From Marsupella aquatica (Eukaryota > Plantae > Marchantiophyta), in assembly GCA_973895155.1 (NCBI GenBank), contig OZ316891.1, forward strand, positions 16,519,651 through 16,583,650: a stretch of DNA of 64,000 bases, given 5' to 3'. The translations under genes were made by a program, and so were the position numbers. Positions 50,869-64,000 of the stretch are shown piece after piece (the first letter of the stretch is position 1; each line of letters starts with the position of its first letter). Below the pieces are notes generated by a model, which saw only the letters and a list, made by a program, of their open reading frames with translations, was not told the origin of the DNA and searched no databases.

Positions 50869-53599
50869 TTCCAAATCTGAGAAAGTGAGGAGATATTTGA
50901 TTGACTTGTGAATCTTGAGATTATCTACAAAAGTATTTTTCACCTTTGTCATCATTGGACCAGATTGTCTAGTGTGTGAGTGCAAAAAATCTGTGGATCT
51001 TGAATCTGTGCAGTGAAATCCCCAATCACCCAAACCTCCCCATTGCCTTTAATTGTATGGGGTACACAACATCATCAGTATTGATATCAGCTGTTGGCAT
51101 CAGCAAAGAAATGAGCAATTGAAAGTAATTGCTCAATAGAGGATCAATCTATCCTCTGTCCAGCTAAGGACCTAAAGAATTCTCACTAAGATGTTCCAAA
51201 CCTTCTCTCTGTTCTCTATCAATTGCTAAGATAAATCTACCAAGTTGCTAAGGGGGCAGACTAAACAATGCATACAATTCTTTCATCAAGATCTGAGATG
51301 TCAATCTTACACCCTCATAAAACTTGCAAGCAATGTGAAGGAATCTAGGAACATGGGGATCACTTGGACCACTTACGATCGACCTTCAGGAGTAATGGAG
51401 TATACAGAAGATTGATTGCTCCCGATTATAGGGGATCGTTTGTTTATTATGGTCAATGGGCTTGCAAAGAGCGCGGTGATGCATAAGGTTGGAATTGGAT
51501 TAAGAGGTCCTTTGAAATCTATGAAGGGGATGGCGGGAAGAATGAGTGAAATGTTATTCATACTTCTATAGTAAGTTACCATACAGACAATACCCCAAGG
51601 AGGTGGATTGCAAGATTGAGGAGCAAAAAGGATGCAAGAAAGGACTAGCTCAACAAGGAGAGAAAAGGATTGAAATTATCATTAAGATTTAGTTGAACAT
51701 ACTTCCAAAAAGGTTGGACACACTTCCACGAATGTTGTGCACGCTTCCAAGAAGATAGGGACTTCTGAAATGGTTGCGCACACTTCTAACAACTTGGCAC
51801 GCAAGATCTAACCTTTCAATCTCAACCAAACCATCCTAGCTATTGGGTGTAACACTTTTAGAATCCTTTGTATTCTTGTGAGGACTCCAGTCCTTCCGTT
51901 GGAGAAATGGAGATAATTTTTGGACCCCTCAATCTTGCTGTTTACCAGGACACAAATCTGTGCCAATGGTGGGACTTCAGAAATGGAGAATGGAGTCGCA
52001 TGTTGTACCAGTGGATGGTTTGATTTGGGGGAACATGTGGAAGAAGTACAAAGAGGAGAAAGTTAACTTCTTCCTTTGGCAAATTATTCACAGTATTATT
52101 GCCACTGAACACTTCATTAGTCAACAGACCATTCAAAAAGATAAAGCAGGTGATATTATCTGTTTTCTTGTTAGGATGAAACGTGGTGGTGTGGCTGATG
52201 CGATACATGAGGAAGCACACGAGGATATTCTCCATTGTCAATGGAGTTGCATTGATTGCAACAAATATGGGAGGGGGTCAAGAAGATTTTTCTCGAATTT
52301 TCACTGCAAGGTGGCTCAGGCTCTGATGGCGGCACCACTTTCCAATAGAAGTAGAGGTTTCCCTCTGAAACTCTGGAATTTTGTGAGAGGCATTACTAAC
52401 TAGCAAATGTGGAAAGCTCATTGTGCACTGAAGGGAAAGGTTTGGATCTTGTGTGGGCATATAACATAGGATCTGGTACAAGCTTCAAATGGACAAAATT
52501 GGATGGATAGATGGTTTGGCTCTGGTGAAGACTGGTGGTTGTTGCAAGATGGCATTGATTGGAAGAATGGCTTGTGATTTGGCCAAGGAGGAGGATTATA
52601 TAGCATGCTAGATGAGTTGCTTGTAAGTGACCTCTAGTCCTTTGTGGCATTTTGATCCACCCTGAAGTAGTTGGCTCTATTACTTGGATTCACTTCTATT
52701 TTTGTGGTGATTTGGGTATGTTAGCTGGGTGTGGTTGTAGATGGATTGCGCTCTTTTGGATTTTTGGGATGGTCTAGTTGTTCATTCTTGGCTTTTGCTG
52801 AGTCTGGGATTCTGGGTTGAGTAAGCTCTCTATGGTAATGTAAGAAAGTCTTTGGCAACTATAGACAGAAAAATACCAAGAGAATATAAGAAACCTTTCC
52901 ATTACCATGGACAGAGGAATTCAAGGAAACATGAGAAACCCCTCGGTTACCATGGGAATACCAAGGGAATGTAAGAAACCCCTCTGTTACTTTACCATTT
53001 TGCATGGATTGTATGGAATGTTATATGGGCTGTATGGACATAGGAGTACCCAGGGAAAGTTACCTTAGTCTTCTCTTTTTGTCCTCTCATCTCCATACTC
53101 AAGCCTATTCCTCCATGAAACTCTTCCTAGTCATTTTGTGAAATGTACTTTTAATTGGCATGTGAAGATTTCTCTTTGGTTTCTCCTATTTTGAGTTGAT
53201 TGTCTTCGTGATGACCATTGGGATGGAGAGATGGGAGCTGACGCCCTTAGGCAAGACACGTTCTTGATGCATGTAGTTTTTTGCTGGTAGGCTAGCCTTG
53301 GCTTGAAAGGAAGTATATTCCACAATCGTTCACGGCAGAATGGAAATTCTTAGTACTTAATCAAGGCTTATATGGAGAGGAAATCCCGTACAAGAAAAAT
53401 GTCAGGAGGAGGCTGCATTTGAATTCTCTTTCCTGTATTGGAGTCGGCCAATATTCTAAGTTGACGGAACAGCGTGATGGTAACCGGAAAGGACACTGAG
53501 TTCAGATAACTGGAGATTACGTGCTCTTGAAGATTTTGGAATGTTGGACATGCTCTAAGATATCTTTGCAAGGAAGACTTGCTACGGTTCCCCTCTCTC

Positions 53600-54570
53600 T
53601 GTGGTGATCCAAAGTTCCATCTACAGGCCGCCCAGTATATTAGAGGGCTGAACTAGTTGACGTTCAAGACTGCTTTCTGACAGACCACCGACACCCGACG
53701 CCCTCAGCCTTTCTGCTCCCTTCCAGAGAAGGTGGCTCTGTCTCCTTTCCTTCCTTCTTGCCCACTGACAGTTTCGCTGCTACCATTCTGGAGACAGTCA
53801 TGGATAATCAAAATGTCGTCTACTTATTAGTTCTTTCGAGCAGAGGTTCATCAATGACTTCAACTCCTGCCAAAGGTGTGCATTTACCTGTTGATTTTCC
53901 TGTGTTAGTACTGCATTTGGTACATGACCGATTTTCAGAATGCCTTCAATGACTTATCGAAGCTGTACAACTTCCAATCTCAATTTGTCGAGCTCCGGAA
54001 TAAGGGGCATCACTTAAATGTCAGACATCAGATACCATCCATATTAATCTCTGCCACAACAATATCATGAGGCAAACCGATCAACGGTTGAGAGCATGCA
54101 TTAGATGGATTACCAAGGTGTACTTCTTGCAGCTGTGGCTTGTCCGCCTCGTCTGTCAACACAGCAAATTCGAGATTCATGATCCCCCGGTGCTCCTGTT
54201 TCAATGTGTGGAGAGAAATTCTCAGGAGGTTGTTCTTCTCGGCCAGGTGCTGACCTTTCATGTCAATCTTTGACCGTCCCAGTTCTCAACAAAGGGCCCT
54301 AACTTTTGTTTTTCCCTCCACAGAACAGTCATGTCGCGCAAGAAATGTATCAATTCAGTCTTTGACCATTTCTGTTGTTCAACAAGGAGCTGTAGCTTCT
54401 GCTTTTCCTCCAAAACTTCAATGTCATTCATTTTCTTGAACGCAACGGCTTGCATGACGTTAATTCCGACATATTCCTTTCTGCTTCGCTTTGCGTAATT
54501 CCGTTAGCAAGATCTCCCGGGACTGGAGAGCAATTTCCTTCGCTGTACCAACGCTTCAATCTCCTGAACA
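53600..54570 (-). pseudogene. Possible coiled-coil gene remnant
   Basis: REILLTELRKAKQK..IEVLEEKQKLQLLVEQQK and EKNNLLRISLHTLKQE with splice-like signals, but no clean joined frame. Confidence 0.3.
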
Positions 54571-55644
54571 TGCTATAGAAATATAAGCAACAACAGCTTG
54601 CCAGGACAGGAGCTGTGTGAACTCAACTGAATATAAAATTTATTCTGCAGCTTTTGAATAGAGGAAATTAGGATGTCATCTATGATACCAAAAACATCCA
54701 CAAACGGGAATATGTAACAGTGATATGAAGAGGGTGCTCACCCTCCCGCCCAAGAAGTGTTTCCCTGCCAAAGTGCAGGTTCTGGAAGACATTGGACTCC
54801 CTCACATTCGCTGTGCATTTTGGCAGGTGTCTGAAGGCCCCGACATCGGATTCCCTCAAATTCGTTGTGAACTTCATCAAGTGGCAGGCGAAACGAAGGT
54901 GCATGCATCTTGTCCAGGTTAAGGGTCGAGAGGACATCAGAGGCAAAACTTCAGCCAAATTTGCAAATAAGAAGCTCCAAGGATTGGACATCGGAGGCAG
55001 AACTTCTCGCTCACGGAGGTACTCTGACGTCATCTACTATACCAAAAACTTCCACAATCAATGTAAACAAATACAGAGATACCAACAATGTGGAACTTTC
55101 GCATCTCAAAATTTACAAGGGAATACCCGTGCTGCATTTTCGGCATGATAAAGGAACCATTGTTCGTAGTACAGATCCTACCTCGCGTGTCAATAACGGA
55201 TTACTGTTTATAGATGAGTTCTGGTGGAGTGTCAATCTCCCAGAGGGATCGCAATACTCCATTGAGAAAAGTCAAAATGAGGAGGCGGCATACGACCAGC
55301 ATTGCCCTAAAGAGGTATAATGCACATCGTGTGGATTACATCAATTTACAGAGCTATTTTCGTGCGAACAATCAGCGAGTCATCTGCTAAACGATTACCA
55401 ACGACTGCAGCGTCATGCTTCTACCGTGCTGGGCTTAACTTCTAATGAACTAGTATGCCAATAAATTGTCGTACAGCCCTTGCAGTTCTCGGCCGTTACT
55501 CAAGCTGCAGCTAGGAGTGCCATCAACAGATAATGTTCAATATTACATGCAGATGATATTTAGCATCTGTGTTGTAATGTACAATATGAGCAATAGCCCA
55601 CCCCACGTGATGTTGAACTCCAAAATTATGAGGAGAGGCTAGCT

Positions 55645-58600
55645 CTATCTTTCAATATCGTCACATTCGTCTAAAGGGTCCGAGTTGCCCAGAGGTGGCA
55701 GCTTTCGAGGAAAAAATAAGGTACTGGGATCTTCCACTCTCCACTGTTGGTTAAAATCTTCTATAGCTTTGGTTGCCGCTGCTGCAACTGCCGGATTACT
55801 GTCCTTGGCAAGCCTCTGCTTTGAGGAAAAGGACCAGGCTTAATAAGAAAATAGACCAAGACGCCAAAAGTTACGAACAAGGGGAACTAAATGTTGCACG
55901 GGACGGACAATTTTTAAATATAACAATGCTAAGATCTGGCCATAAAGTCAATCACCTGCAAGGCACCCATCCCTGCATTTCCAAGAGCCCACAGAGAAGG
56001 TGCGTCTGCTAGTGCATCTGCCAAGGCCCGCCTGCACAACAACCACAGCACAGTTTCGGCTACCAAAAAACAGACCTAAGTTGAATAAGAAAGTGGGCAG
56101 ATAAAACAGACACATCTGTTCCGTAAGAAGAACCTCTGAGCGTAATGTTGAACAGAATGAAATCTCAAAACTAAGCAAGCAAGAATTCGTGTGTAGGAAA
56201 CTTAATTCATATCACAAGAACCTCACTAGTACACATTCAGAGTTTCCAAATAACGAACACGCATATTTCCCACAATTGTCCTTGTGTGAAGCGCCTGCTC
56301 TAAATCTGCCCGTCACAACAGAAACAAGAGAAATGTCCACGAATGGACAGTGCGTACCGAGTTGCCACATCAGGTGAAGTGGCACATTCTGCTAGAAAAG
56401 TAGCTCCATTTCCCCCGGCGACTTCATCCATATCTAGTAAGGTTGCGACGACCAATTCCAACTGCTCCACATCCAGACGTTGCCAACGTGTTAACTAGAA
56501 CAGTGAGTCTAGCGGCGAGTCATCCCATAAGAGGAATTATGACTGGTATCTGAATCTCAAATCAAGGAATGGCTGAGCATATTGCAGAGTGACAGCCAGC
56601 CATTCAATCCGCACCTCACTACACTCATTCCACAACACTGAATTCTTATCACCAGAACAAGAAAGGTACCTCATCAGGATCAGTGCAGTCAATCCCATCA
56701 GACTCTACTAATAACAAAGAGGCCATGCTCGAATATACTTCCTGCATAGTACAATAATAGTTACAAAGGAGATGCACGGACCGACTACGACATATACGGA
56801 AATAAACTTGAACAAACCAAAATCAGCCGACCTAAGGCAGCCTCTAGTAAGCTTTGAGCACAAGGCTCGAAGCCGTACATAATTAAAGAGCATTCACTGA
56901 AGTTGTTGAAGTCAACGCCAGGAGATGACAACCTCAAGTTCAAGGAGGCGATCAAGAGCAACGCTGCCAGTGGAATAACTTGCATCACGCTTGAGTGCAT
57001 CCTTTGTTATGATTGAGCCATTCTTTTCGTCAGGTCTCAGCTCACTCTCCCTGAATTATAACTTCCCACCATCATTGTCAACTCCGTCCAGATATGACTT
57101 AACTAAAGCATGCCCATAAAACTTAGTCAGCCAAGTACCCACCCTAAAAGAATTCCATTGTTAAAAAGTTTGGCATTCAAACACCTATAACAGTCCACCT
57201 AACTTGGTCACATCAGACAATCTTCACGAAACCTATAGCCATCCAAAGAGGAAACAGGTCGGAGCGCGATTCCATGGACAGCATAAGAACGCTCGGAGGG
57301 AACTAGGAGAACTCACTTCAATTTCAAAATGTTGACAAGTGAGCTTTGTATCCTCTTTACAACCTGCCATCATTATGAACAAGCTATGTCTTAGCATACA
57401 AAGCAGCGACAATAACAACAACGGGAGTACTCAAAAGGAGAACGAGCGACTTATAGAGTCCGGAGGGAGAACTGATGCCAACTTCCCCTTTCGAAAAGAT
57501 TTGTATCATAAGAACTTCCGAAAACGACTGAATGACTAACGAATTCTGCTACAGTGTTTCAAGCTCGGATTGTCCAAAAAACAACAATATACATAAAGTT
57601 TTCTTCCAGCCATAAACGTGACAATGCACTCTCAATAACATTCTCAGTCAGTGCATTGCATGTGCTTCATTGTCCTTATTCTCCAGCAATGACCCTAAGA
57701 TGGACTGCAAACGAGGTAAGGATTGATGAGGATCAAAAGGACAACACATTATCCCATGCTCCCAATACCGGATAGAGGTACTTTAAATTTGCCACCAGGA
57801 CAGCTCTTGCAGACATGAGCGTGTATTCAGCCGGGCCAAAAGATTTAGCTTGCTATTTCTGATTTAGGATGTATTCCTTCTTTCCTTCAGATGAACCAAA
57901 ATGGTGAAACGGCTAAACATCACCTGGACTGATACATAGGCATCCTCCATAGCCCGCCTACGTGCCCGTAAATCTGCTAGTCGAAGATCAGCCTGCAACC
58001 TCACATTAACCAAATTCGCTTCAGGACGACATAGACATGTACAGCAGCTCTCAGGTAACCACTCGGGCACATCGTGCTTACCAGAAAGAATGATGATTTT
58101 AGTCAGCTAACAAGCATGAGAGACTTACCTCAATCTAGGATATTGAATTATACTAATTTTTTTCGATTCATTTCTAAACATGTACGTGAAAAGGGGAAAA
58201 AATGAAGATAGTGCCTTGGTGTAACCGTCCACAGAACCCCCATTGGAGCAGACACAGAGCGACACCAGAGAGGAAATCAAATGCGCAAAGAAGGCCAAAC
58301 GATTGTGTGGACTCATATCGGTAGTGACATTTCAAATGAATTTCATAATATGCAGATCAAATCCTCGCATGCGAAGAATCCTTCAGTAGCGACAGCGATC
58401 TCTCTGATGGGACGGAAGAGAAGGCCTTTACTGAACTGTTAACCACATCTAAAACAAGAGATGATGCTCTTCATCGAGCAAAGCCAAGTCAGTGTGGACA
58501 CAAACTATCCTGAAACTCCATAGAACCAAGCACAAACAAAACGGACAGGAAGGGGAGGCATACATCCAAGGCACCATCATTCCAATGTTCCTCGGCCTCT

Positions 58601-60046
58601 ATGCGAGCTGTTTCCTGGATGCCCTGCCCATGCAATAACAATTGCACAAGGTCAGAGTCACATCCATAAGGCGTTCCAGAACATTTTTGAGAGTTGACAA
58701 AGGTACAGTCAAATCTAATTGCATTGAACAATTTCCAAAAAAAGCATTTTGGGAACAACGATTACCACTGCGATCCGTCGCAATCGCTTGACCTTTTCAC
58801 GGGCTTGAATGTCCAGCTTCTCCGTATCTTCTCTGGCACGAGCTGGAACGTCAACGACGACGTTCCATTTCATTGAAATGCATCACTTCAGAGAATTGCG
58901 GATAGACATGCCCGGAATAAAGTTATCAACTGATTGATTGCAGTAAACTTGGCCAGACATTTCCAAAGTACTAGGCCATTCCATCTTCTGACTCTATATA
59001 CTAAATTGCCGAGACTTCCAAATTCAAGAAGAAAACATACCATCAAGCTTCAAAAAGCTTGAACCGATCAAAGCCACGTCTTGTCGTGCTCGCATGTCCA
59101 GCCTCAAGATTCCTCTGTAGAACAAGCATGTCCAAGGGTTATTCAAGGGTCCTCTGCCTCCGATTAGAGGATACCAATACTTTAATGAATCCTACAAGAC
59201 CCATCATTGTCTAAGAGAAAGTCATCGTTCAGTTGTTCGTGAGTTAATGAGCCAGGAATGTGCAGTTCTTAGTAAATGAATGAGTGTCATAAAGTGAGAT
59301 TTCTGAAAGGGACTACAACGTTAATAGAAATTCCATAAGCTCCGTAAGAATCTCTGCTCTTTCCATCTTCTTGACTTAAGACAGTGCTGACCCACAAATG
59401 GAACTCAGTGAACCCTGGACGTCACACGACTCCTTGAAACAGAGTGGAGAGAGCGAGATTCCAAACCGACTAAAATTTGCAGCCTATTTACAGATCACAA
59501 AGGGATGGGAGTGATACTTTGAAATTCAGAATGGGAATCTCTTGACACGTAGGACCGCTATAGTAATGGAAAGCATTGGACAACTTGGAATGATTTCAGT
59601 GAGGATGGAGACAGGATGGAGCGAGGAAGAAAAAGGGACTTACTGTGCCAGAATTGCGACATCGCTGCGCGCTCGTTCCTCAAGGTTCTGCACAGCTGCA
59701 CTCACCAGCCTGGCATCAATACAAGCGTCTTGTATTGCTCCACAACAGACGTATCATCAACAGTTCTAAAGAGCTTGCAACGATGAAGCTTGCTTCTGGA
59801 CATGGCAGGGCTTCCCGCTTGTTTGACAACACCAGCAGTAGTACCTGACCCTGAAGGTTTTCCACCATCCGATTTCTCACAAGCTCGAGGACCATCGAGT
59901 CTCCTCCACGCGCGCCTCAGCCGCGACATAGGAATCACCGGTCCATGGGGAATTGTACTTGTAGTCGTCCTTGTTGGAGCAACCGTCCCACAGAGCCCGC
60001 AGCTCAACCCTAAGCCTCCTCCTCGGCGCAGCAGAAGATCAACCAT
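55645..60046 (-). CDS. AAF: Senescence-associated chloroplast protein, AAF/OSA15/SPA15 family, 12 coding exons
   Basis: Phase-consistent exons 60046-59845, 59728-59644 (acceptor uncertain), 59114-59041, 58842-58766, 58623-58564, 57992-57924, 57363-57317, 57050-56933, 56741-56670, 56461-56358, 56031-55956, 55815-55645. Motifs RARQDVAL..FLKLDARAREDTEK, HWNDGALDADLR, DGIDCTDPDELEL, LGNAGMGALQRLAKDSNPAVA. Confidence 0.9.
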
Positions 60047-60429
60047 GCTGCTGATCTCCTTCACGTCCCGGGGCAATCCGAGTTCGGGAGGACAAACTCC
60101 TCACAACGTTCGCTTACAATAGTAAAGATCACTTCCAATCCAAAATTATTGATGCGTCAAGTGGTTCTGTTCCATTAGAAGACGGAGCTAGAAACTCCAA
60201 TACGCCGATGGAGAATCAACCTATACGGATTACAATCAAACAATAACTAAAGGGGACATAATGAATGAATGCGGGGTACGAGAGAGTGACTTAGGCACGA
60301 AGCTCAGGTCGGCTCGTTCAGCTAGGCTGAAAGTATCAACCAATCAATCTTTTGAAGACAATCAATCGTGGCATTCCTAGTCTTCGTTGACAATGGTCTT
60401 TCATCCCTCACTACATTGTGGAAGTCTCC

Positions 60430-60560
60430 TTGCCGTTCAACTATCTATAGATTGTGTCGACGGCCCACGGACTAGCAGGATTCGGAAGGTAAGGGTTGCC
60501 GTTCAACTTCCCAAAGATCGTGTCAACGGCCCACGGACCAGAAGGATTCGGAAGGTGAGG
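60430..60560. repeat. 66-bp tandem duplication upstream of the AAF-like start codon
   Basis: TTGCCGTTCAAC...GGATTCGGAAGGT at 60430 and 60496. Confidence 0.85.
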
Positions 60561-61964
60561 CAGAGATGGGAGGAAAATTTGTTTCTGTGTTCGGATGCTG
60601 ACGAATGCCGGTGCTCCGTGGTCTCGTCTATGCCCTCGCTCTGCGCTTAGGAAAACGAACCCAATTTCCCGTCGATTCATCATATCCGTCTTTAGCGCAA
60701 ATGTCTTCGACGGCGGGTACAGAAGGTGTCCGTCACCACACATTTTAAGATTCGTTTGCTGATGATGCTGGAAAGGAATCGCGTGACAGATTAGAGCATC
60801 TTCATTATCGTGATGTGCAGGAAAAAGGGTCCCGCACTCCCGTCATATTTTACGCATCCCTGTTAGTTGCATATCAACGCATCCCCGGTAGTTGCATATC
60901 AAAATGTGAAATATATGTGTACACTGAGTGATTGATCAAGTTTGTGGTAAGGAGTAATGTGAAGCCCAGATGGACCGAGACCTTGTCCTGCGCATCCAGT
61001 GGAGGACTGCTTAATATGATACTGCTTTTAAACCCCAAAAAAACCAAATCACAATTGATTACTTTGACTACCAGACTACCCCAAGAAGAAAGTAGTCAAG
61101 AACTCAAGTCATGTTTTTTTTTAAATAGTCTTTGTTTAGTTTAATGTTGTCTTAATGGCCCAACAATGTTGCTTGGAGAAGAATGCAACTCCTTTGTCTT
61201 GAAGCTCCAATCTCAACCCAATTGAAAGCAAGCAAAATAATCAATGAGATGGAAGGTGCGATTGAAAACATTTGTGCCACTCCATGGCTTCCATATCATG
61301 GATTCAAGCCCCTCACTTAAGAAAATTGTCAAGTCATCACAAACTTCACTGTACATAACACATTTTCAAAATATGTGGGACATCTGGACGACTGCCTTGA
61401 CAGGGTCGTCGTCAAGTGTTCGCAACATAAACCTTACCTTTGAATCTGGCAGGTAGATTGATTTACTTGAAGGACTTCTAGATCTCAATTAAGCTTAAAA
61501 GCATGGTCTTCCCATGTCCAATCTATTGCTTGACAAAGTTTAAGGCTTTTTTTAGACCATTTGCTCCATTTCTGATGAACACAAAGATGGTCAAATATGC
61601 TAAATCATGATTTAATTTTCCTTGAAAAAAATCATGATTTAATTTTACACTTAGAAATTTTCATGTGGGTCAACTGAAAACCAATGTTCCTCCTCGTGTT
61701 CCCTCTGGTAATGGCATTATGTCTTGACGTCTTTCATGCTTAAGGTCTTCAAGTCGTCAAGCTACCGAGGAGACCAGTTGGGTAACGTAATTGAAACCGG
61801 CTGTAAACTATAAGAAGACTGTTACAGGTCAAATTTCAGTCAAAATGTAACAAATGTTATCTAAGTCAATTTAAATGTTCTCAACAAGTCCACCCGAGAT
61901 TTGCTAGCCCATATGGGATTCATAGACAATGTGGAGGTCCATCGATCCTACCTTAGTTTCTGGT

Positions 61965-63435
61965 AGTCGTAGAACTTGACTACTTTAACACTTAATTAGC
62001 TCCGACGTTACTGACTCCGACGCCAAGCTCCTCTATGGTCCAGGCCTCCGAAATGGCCATCCGGTGGGGGACTAAGTATGGGGAGACTAGTGGGCAATGA
62101 GACGTTGCACTAGCAAGCTAGGGCAAGGCGCTAAGCTGGTGACACACACTAAGGACTTAGACTAGCGTGGAGTTGGTCGGGTCATGGGAAGGCCGGGCTC
62201 AAGGTGGACTGTCCGGACCCCCGGACGGACTTTGAGTTTTGAGGGCTTGAGTGGGAGCTTCTCTTGGGCCCACGGTTAAAGAAGTTTACTTCATGCGCAA
62301 CGGACGTTCGGCGCATGAGATACGGTGTGGCCCAGGTGTGGCCGTCCGAGACCCCTGATTGAAGACGGGTTCTGAAGGCTTAGCATGAGCATTGGGTTGG
62401 CTCGATCACAACGAGCTAAGGCACTCCACTTACGGACGATTAGCTAGAAAATCATGGGCATACCAAGTTAGTTGCGTGTCCATGAGTGCGGGTTGCAGTC
62501 CAAGTTGAGGGCCAAATAGAGGGGACCATAGCCGGTCTAGGGGTGACAGGTCTCCAGAAGCATATATGAGGGGAGTGGTGTCTCCTTGGGGCCAAGTGCA
62601 AGCCAAGTCGTGAGTCGTGGCGGTCGCAACACTAAGGAGACATGTCAAACAAAAATGATGATAACTTCTCAATGGGAAGTCTGTTGGAGGACTTCTTGGA
62701 TGTGTTGGAAAGCTATTGAGGAGTACTACATCCTCCTAAGCTAAGCTGGGTCTGGGGCTGCCTTTGGGTCTCAAGGTTTGCGGGGGCTATCTCTCCCGTT
62801 GGCCAAATCCTACCGAAATAGTAGCCAAGCCGCGTTCAATTTCCCACGAGAGCTTACATTGGGGAGGCAATGCAAAGTAGGTATGGGTGTTGAGGTCCAA
62901 GTGAATTTGGCCCCTAGAATTTCAGTTGGGTAGAACCTTAGAGATGGCCGCTAGAGTCAAGGCCAATCTGGTCACGATGTTTAGGTCAAGCTTCGGGACA
63001 AGCTAGCTATTTGGGCCATGAGCATGTCATGGGGGCAGGGTAGTCAACCAGTGACAAATAGGAAGTGGGGAAGCACAAGCGACACCCAAAGAGGGGTTGT
63101 TTTGAACAAATAGTGGGTGTCGGCTCTAGCTTTAGCTTATGGCAAGGCCATGCAGACCCGGGAGGTTCTATTCGCTGACCTACTTACCAATCTATGTTAA
63201 GCTTGAATGGAGACACTAGTCTTGGAGTTCCTAGATCTTACGGGGTTACTTACCAAGGTGTTTGGTTGCTTGTGCAAATAGTGAGGACCGTTGAGCGACG
63301 GTTGTGTTGGGGAGCAAGTGCAGTTGTAGGTGCTAGGGGTACCAAGTTTGCACAGAGAGTTTCATGTAGGCGGTCGGGCACCAAGGGCACTTAGGCAAGG
63401 GTGTTGGGATTGGTGAAGGCGTTGGGTCCATCACT
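61965..63435 (+). mobile_element. Solo-LTR-like element with AGT...ACT termini (1471 bp)
   Basis: TSD CTGGT at 61960-61964 and 63436-63440; uninterrupted homolog of 5633-10389. Confidence 0.82.
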
Positions 63436-64000
63436 CTGGTAACGAGTGATGTTGTACTCTCTATATTGTCATATTTTGATGCCCGATTGCCACTTATTTT
63501 TCTACTATAGACAAATGCATTTTTACTCTCGCTTGAAGCAACCACAAATTTGCATCAACGAACAACCCTTGTCCTTGATATTGGTGACAAGTTTTTTGTG
63601 TGTCATTGACATGCCAGGCGTAATAACATGTGTGAAAAACTTTTGATTAATAGACCTGTCTCTAAAGGGAGTGACTCCTTTTCTGCAACTTTTTACAAAG
63701 TTTTCAAAATAGAACCTATGGCAAACTTGCTTAACCAGGCATGATTGGAGACTCTTTCTTAGCAAAAAGTGGCATGACATGACAAAAGCAACATTAAGGA
63801 AAGATTTGCATGAAGATTGTTTTAGCAACCAAATCTATGTTGGGAAGTTTTTCAAAAGAAGCAACACATACCAAAATCATGAGCTCACATACAAGTCTAA
63901 TCAACGTCATTGTTTCTTTCATTTGAAATTTTTTCAAGTTGCTGGAGTACTTACAAACATTTATCTCCCACTAGCTCAATAGTCGTGCTTTGCACATAAG

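Larger units (their letters stand above)
47915..51333. mobile_element. Four LINE (RTE-like) 3'-end fragments in mixed orientation
   Basis: Copies at about 47915-48168 and 51103-51333 are inverted relative to 49427-49518 and 49830-50250. The last encodes NEYHVFIAC.FY..VR, typical of a LINE ORF2 C-terminus. Confidence 0.65.

Noticed and set aside
51334-53330. Possible LTR-retrotransposon remnant
   Set aside because: LTR-like composition, but no paired ends, TSD or clear protein motif could be fixed.

Overview
Eukaryotic land-plant DNA (GT-AG introns, plant TE families; a non-seed plant such as a bryophyte is my inference). Bases 1-38 kb are a stack of nested transposons: a decayed PIF/Harbinger element, a LINE fragment, a CACTA end, solo-LTR-like elements, an internally deleted Gypsy, a DDE_Tnp_4 element and MITEs. 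The centrepiece is an 18.3-kb DNA transposon (17043-35309; about 11.8 kb without a young nested Copia). It encodes a MULE-like GCM/DDE/SWIM transposase and, divergently, a spliced ParB-like + beta-class amino-DNA-methyltransferase-like fusion. About 20 copies of a 15-bp palindrome (TAGCGC-N3-GCGCTA) lie in its introns, spacers and gene ends, an arrangement reminiscent of ParB/parS. Two host genes are clear: a single-exon 653-aa conserved plant protein (39180-41141) and a 12-exon AAF/OSA15-like senescence-associated gene (55645-60046, minus). Other oddities are solo-LTR-like elements with AGT...ACT ends and CTCGGGGG-ended MITEs with 8-bp TSDs. All domain calls come from motifs recognised by eye; no searches were run.
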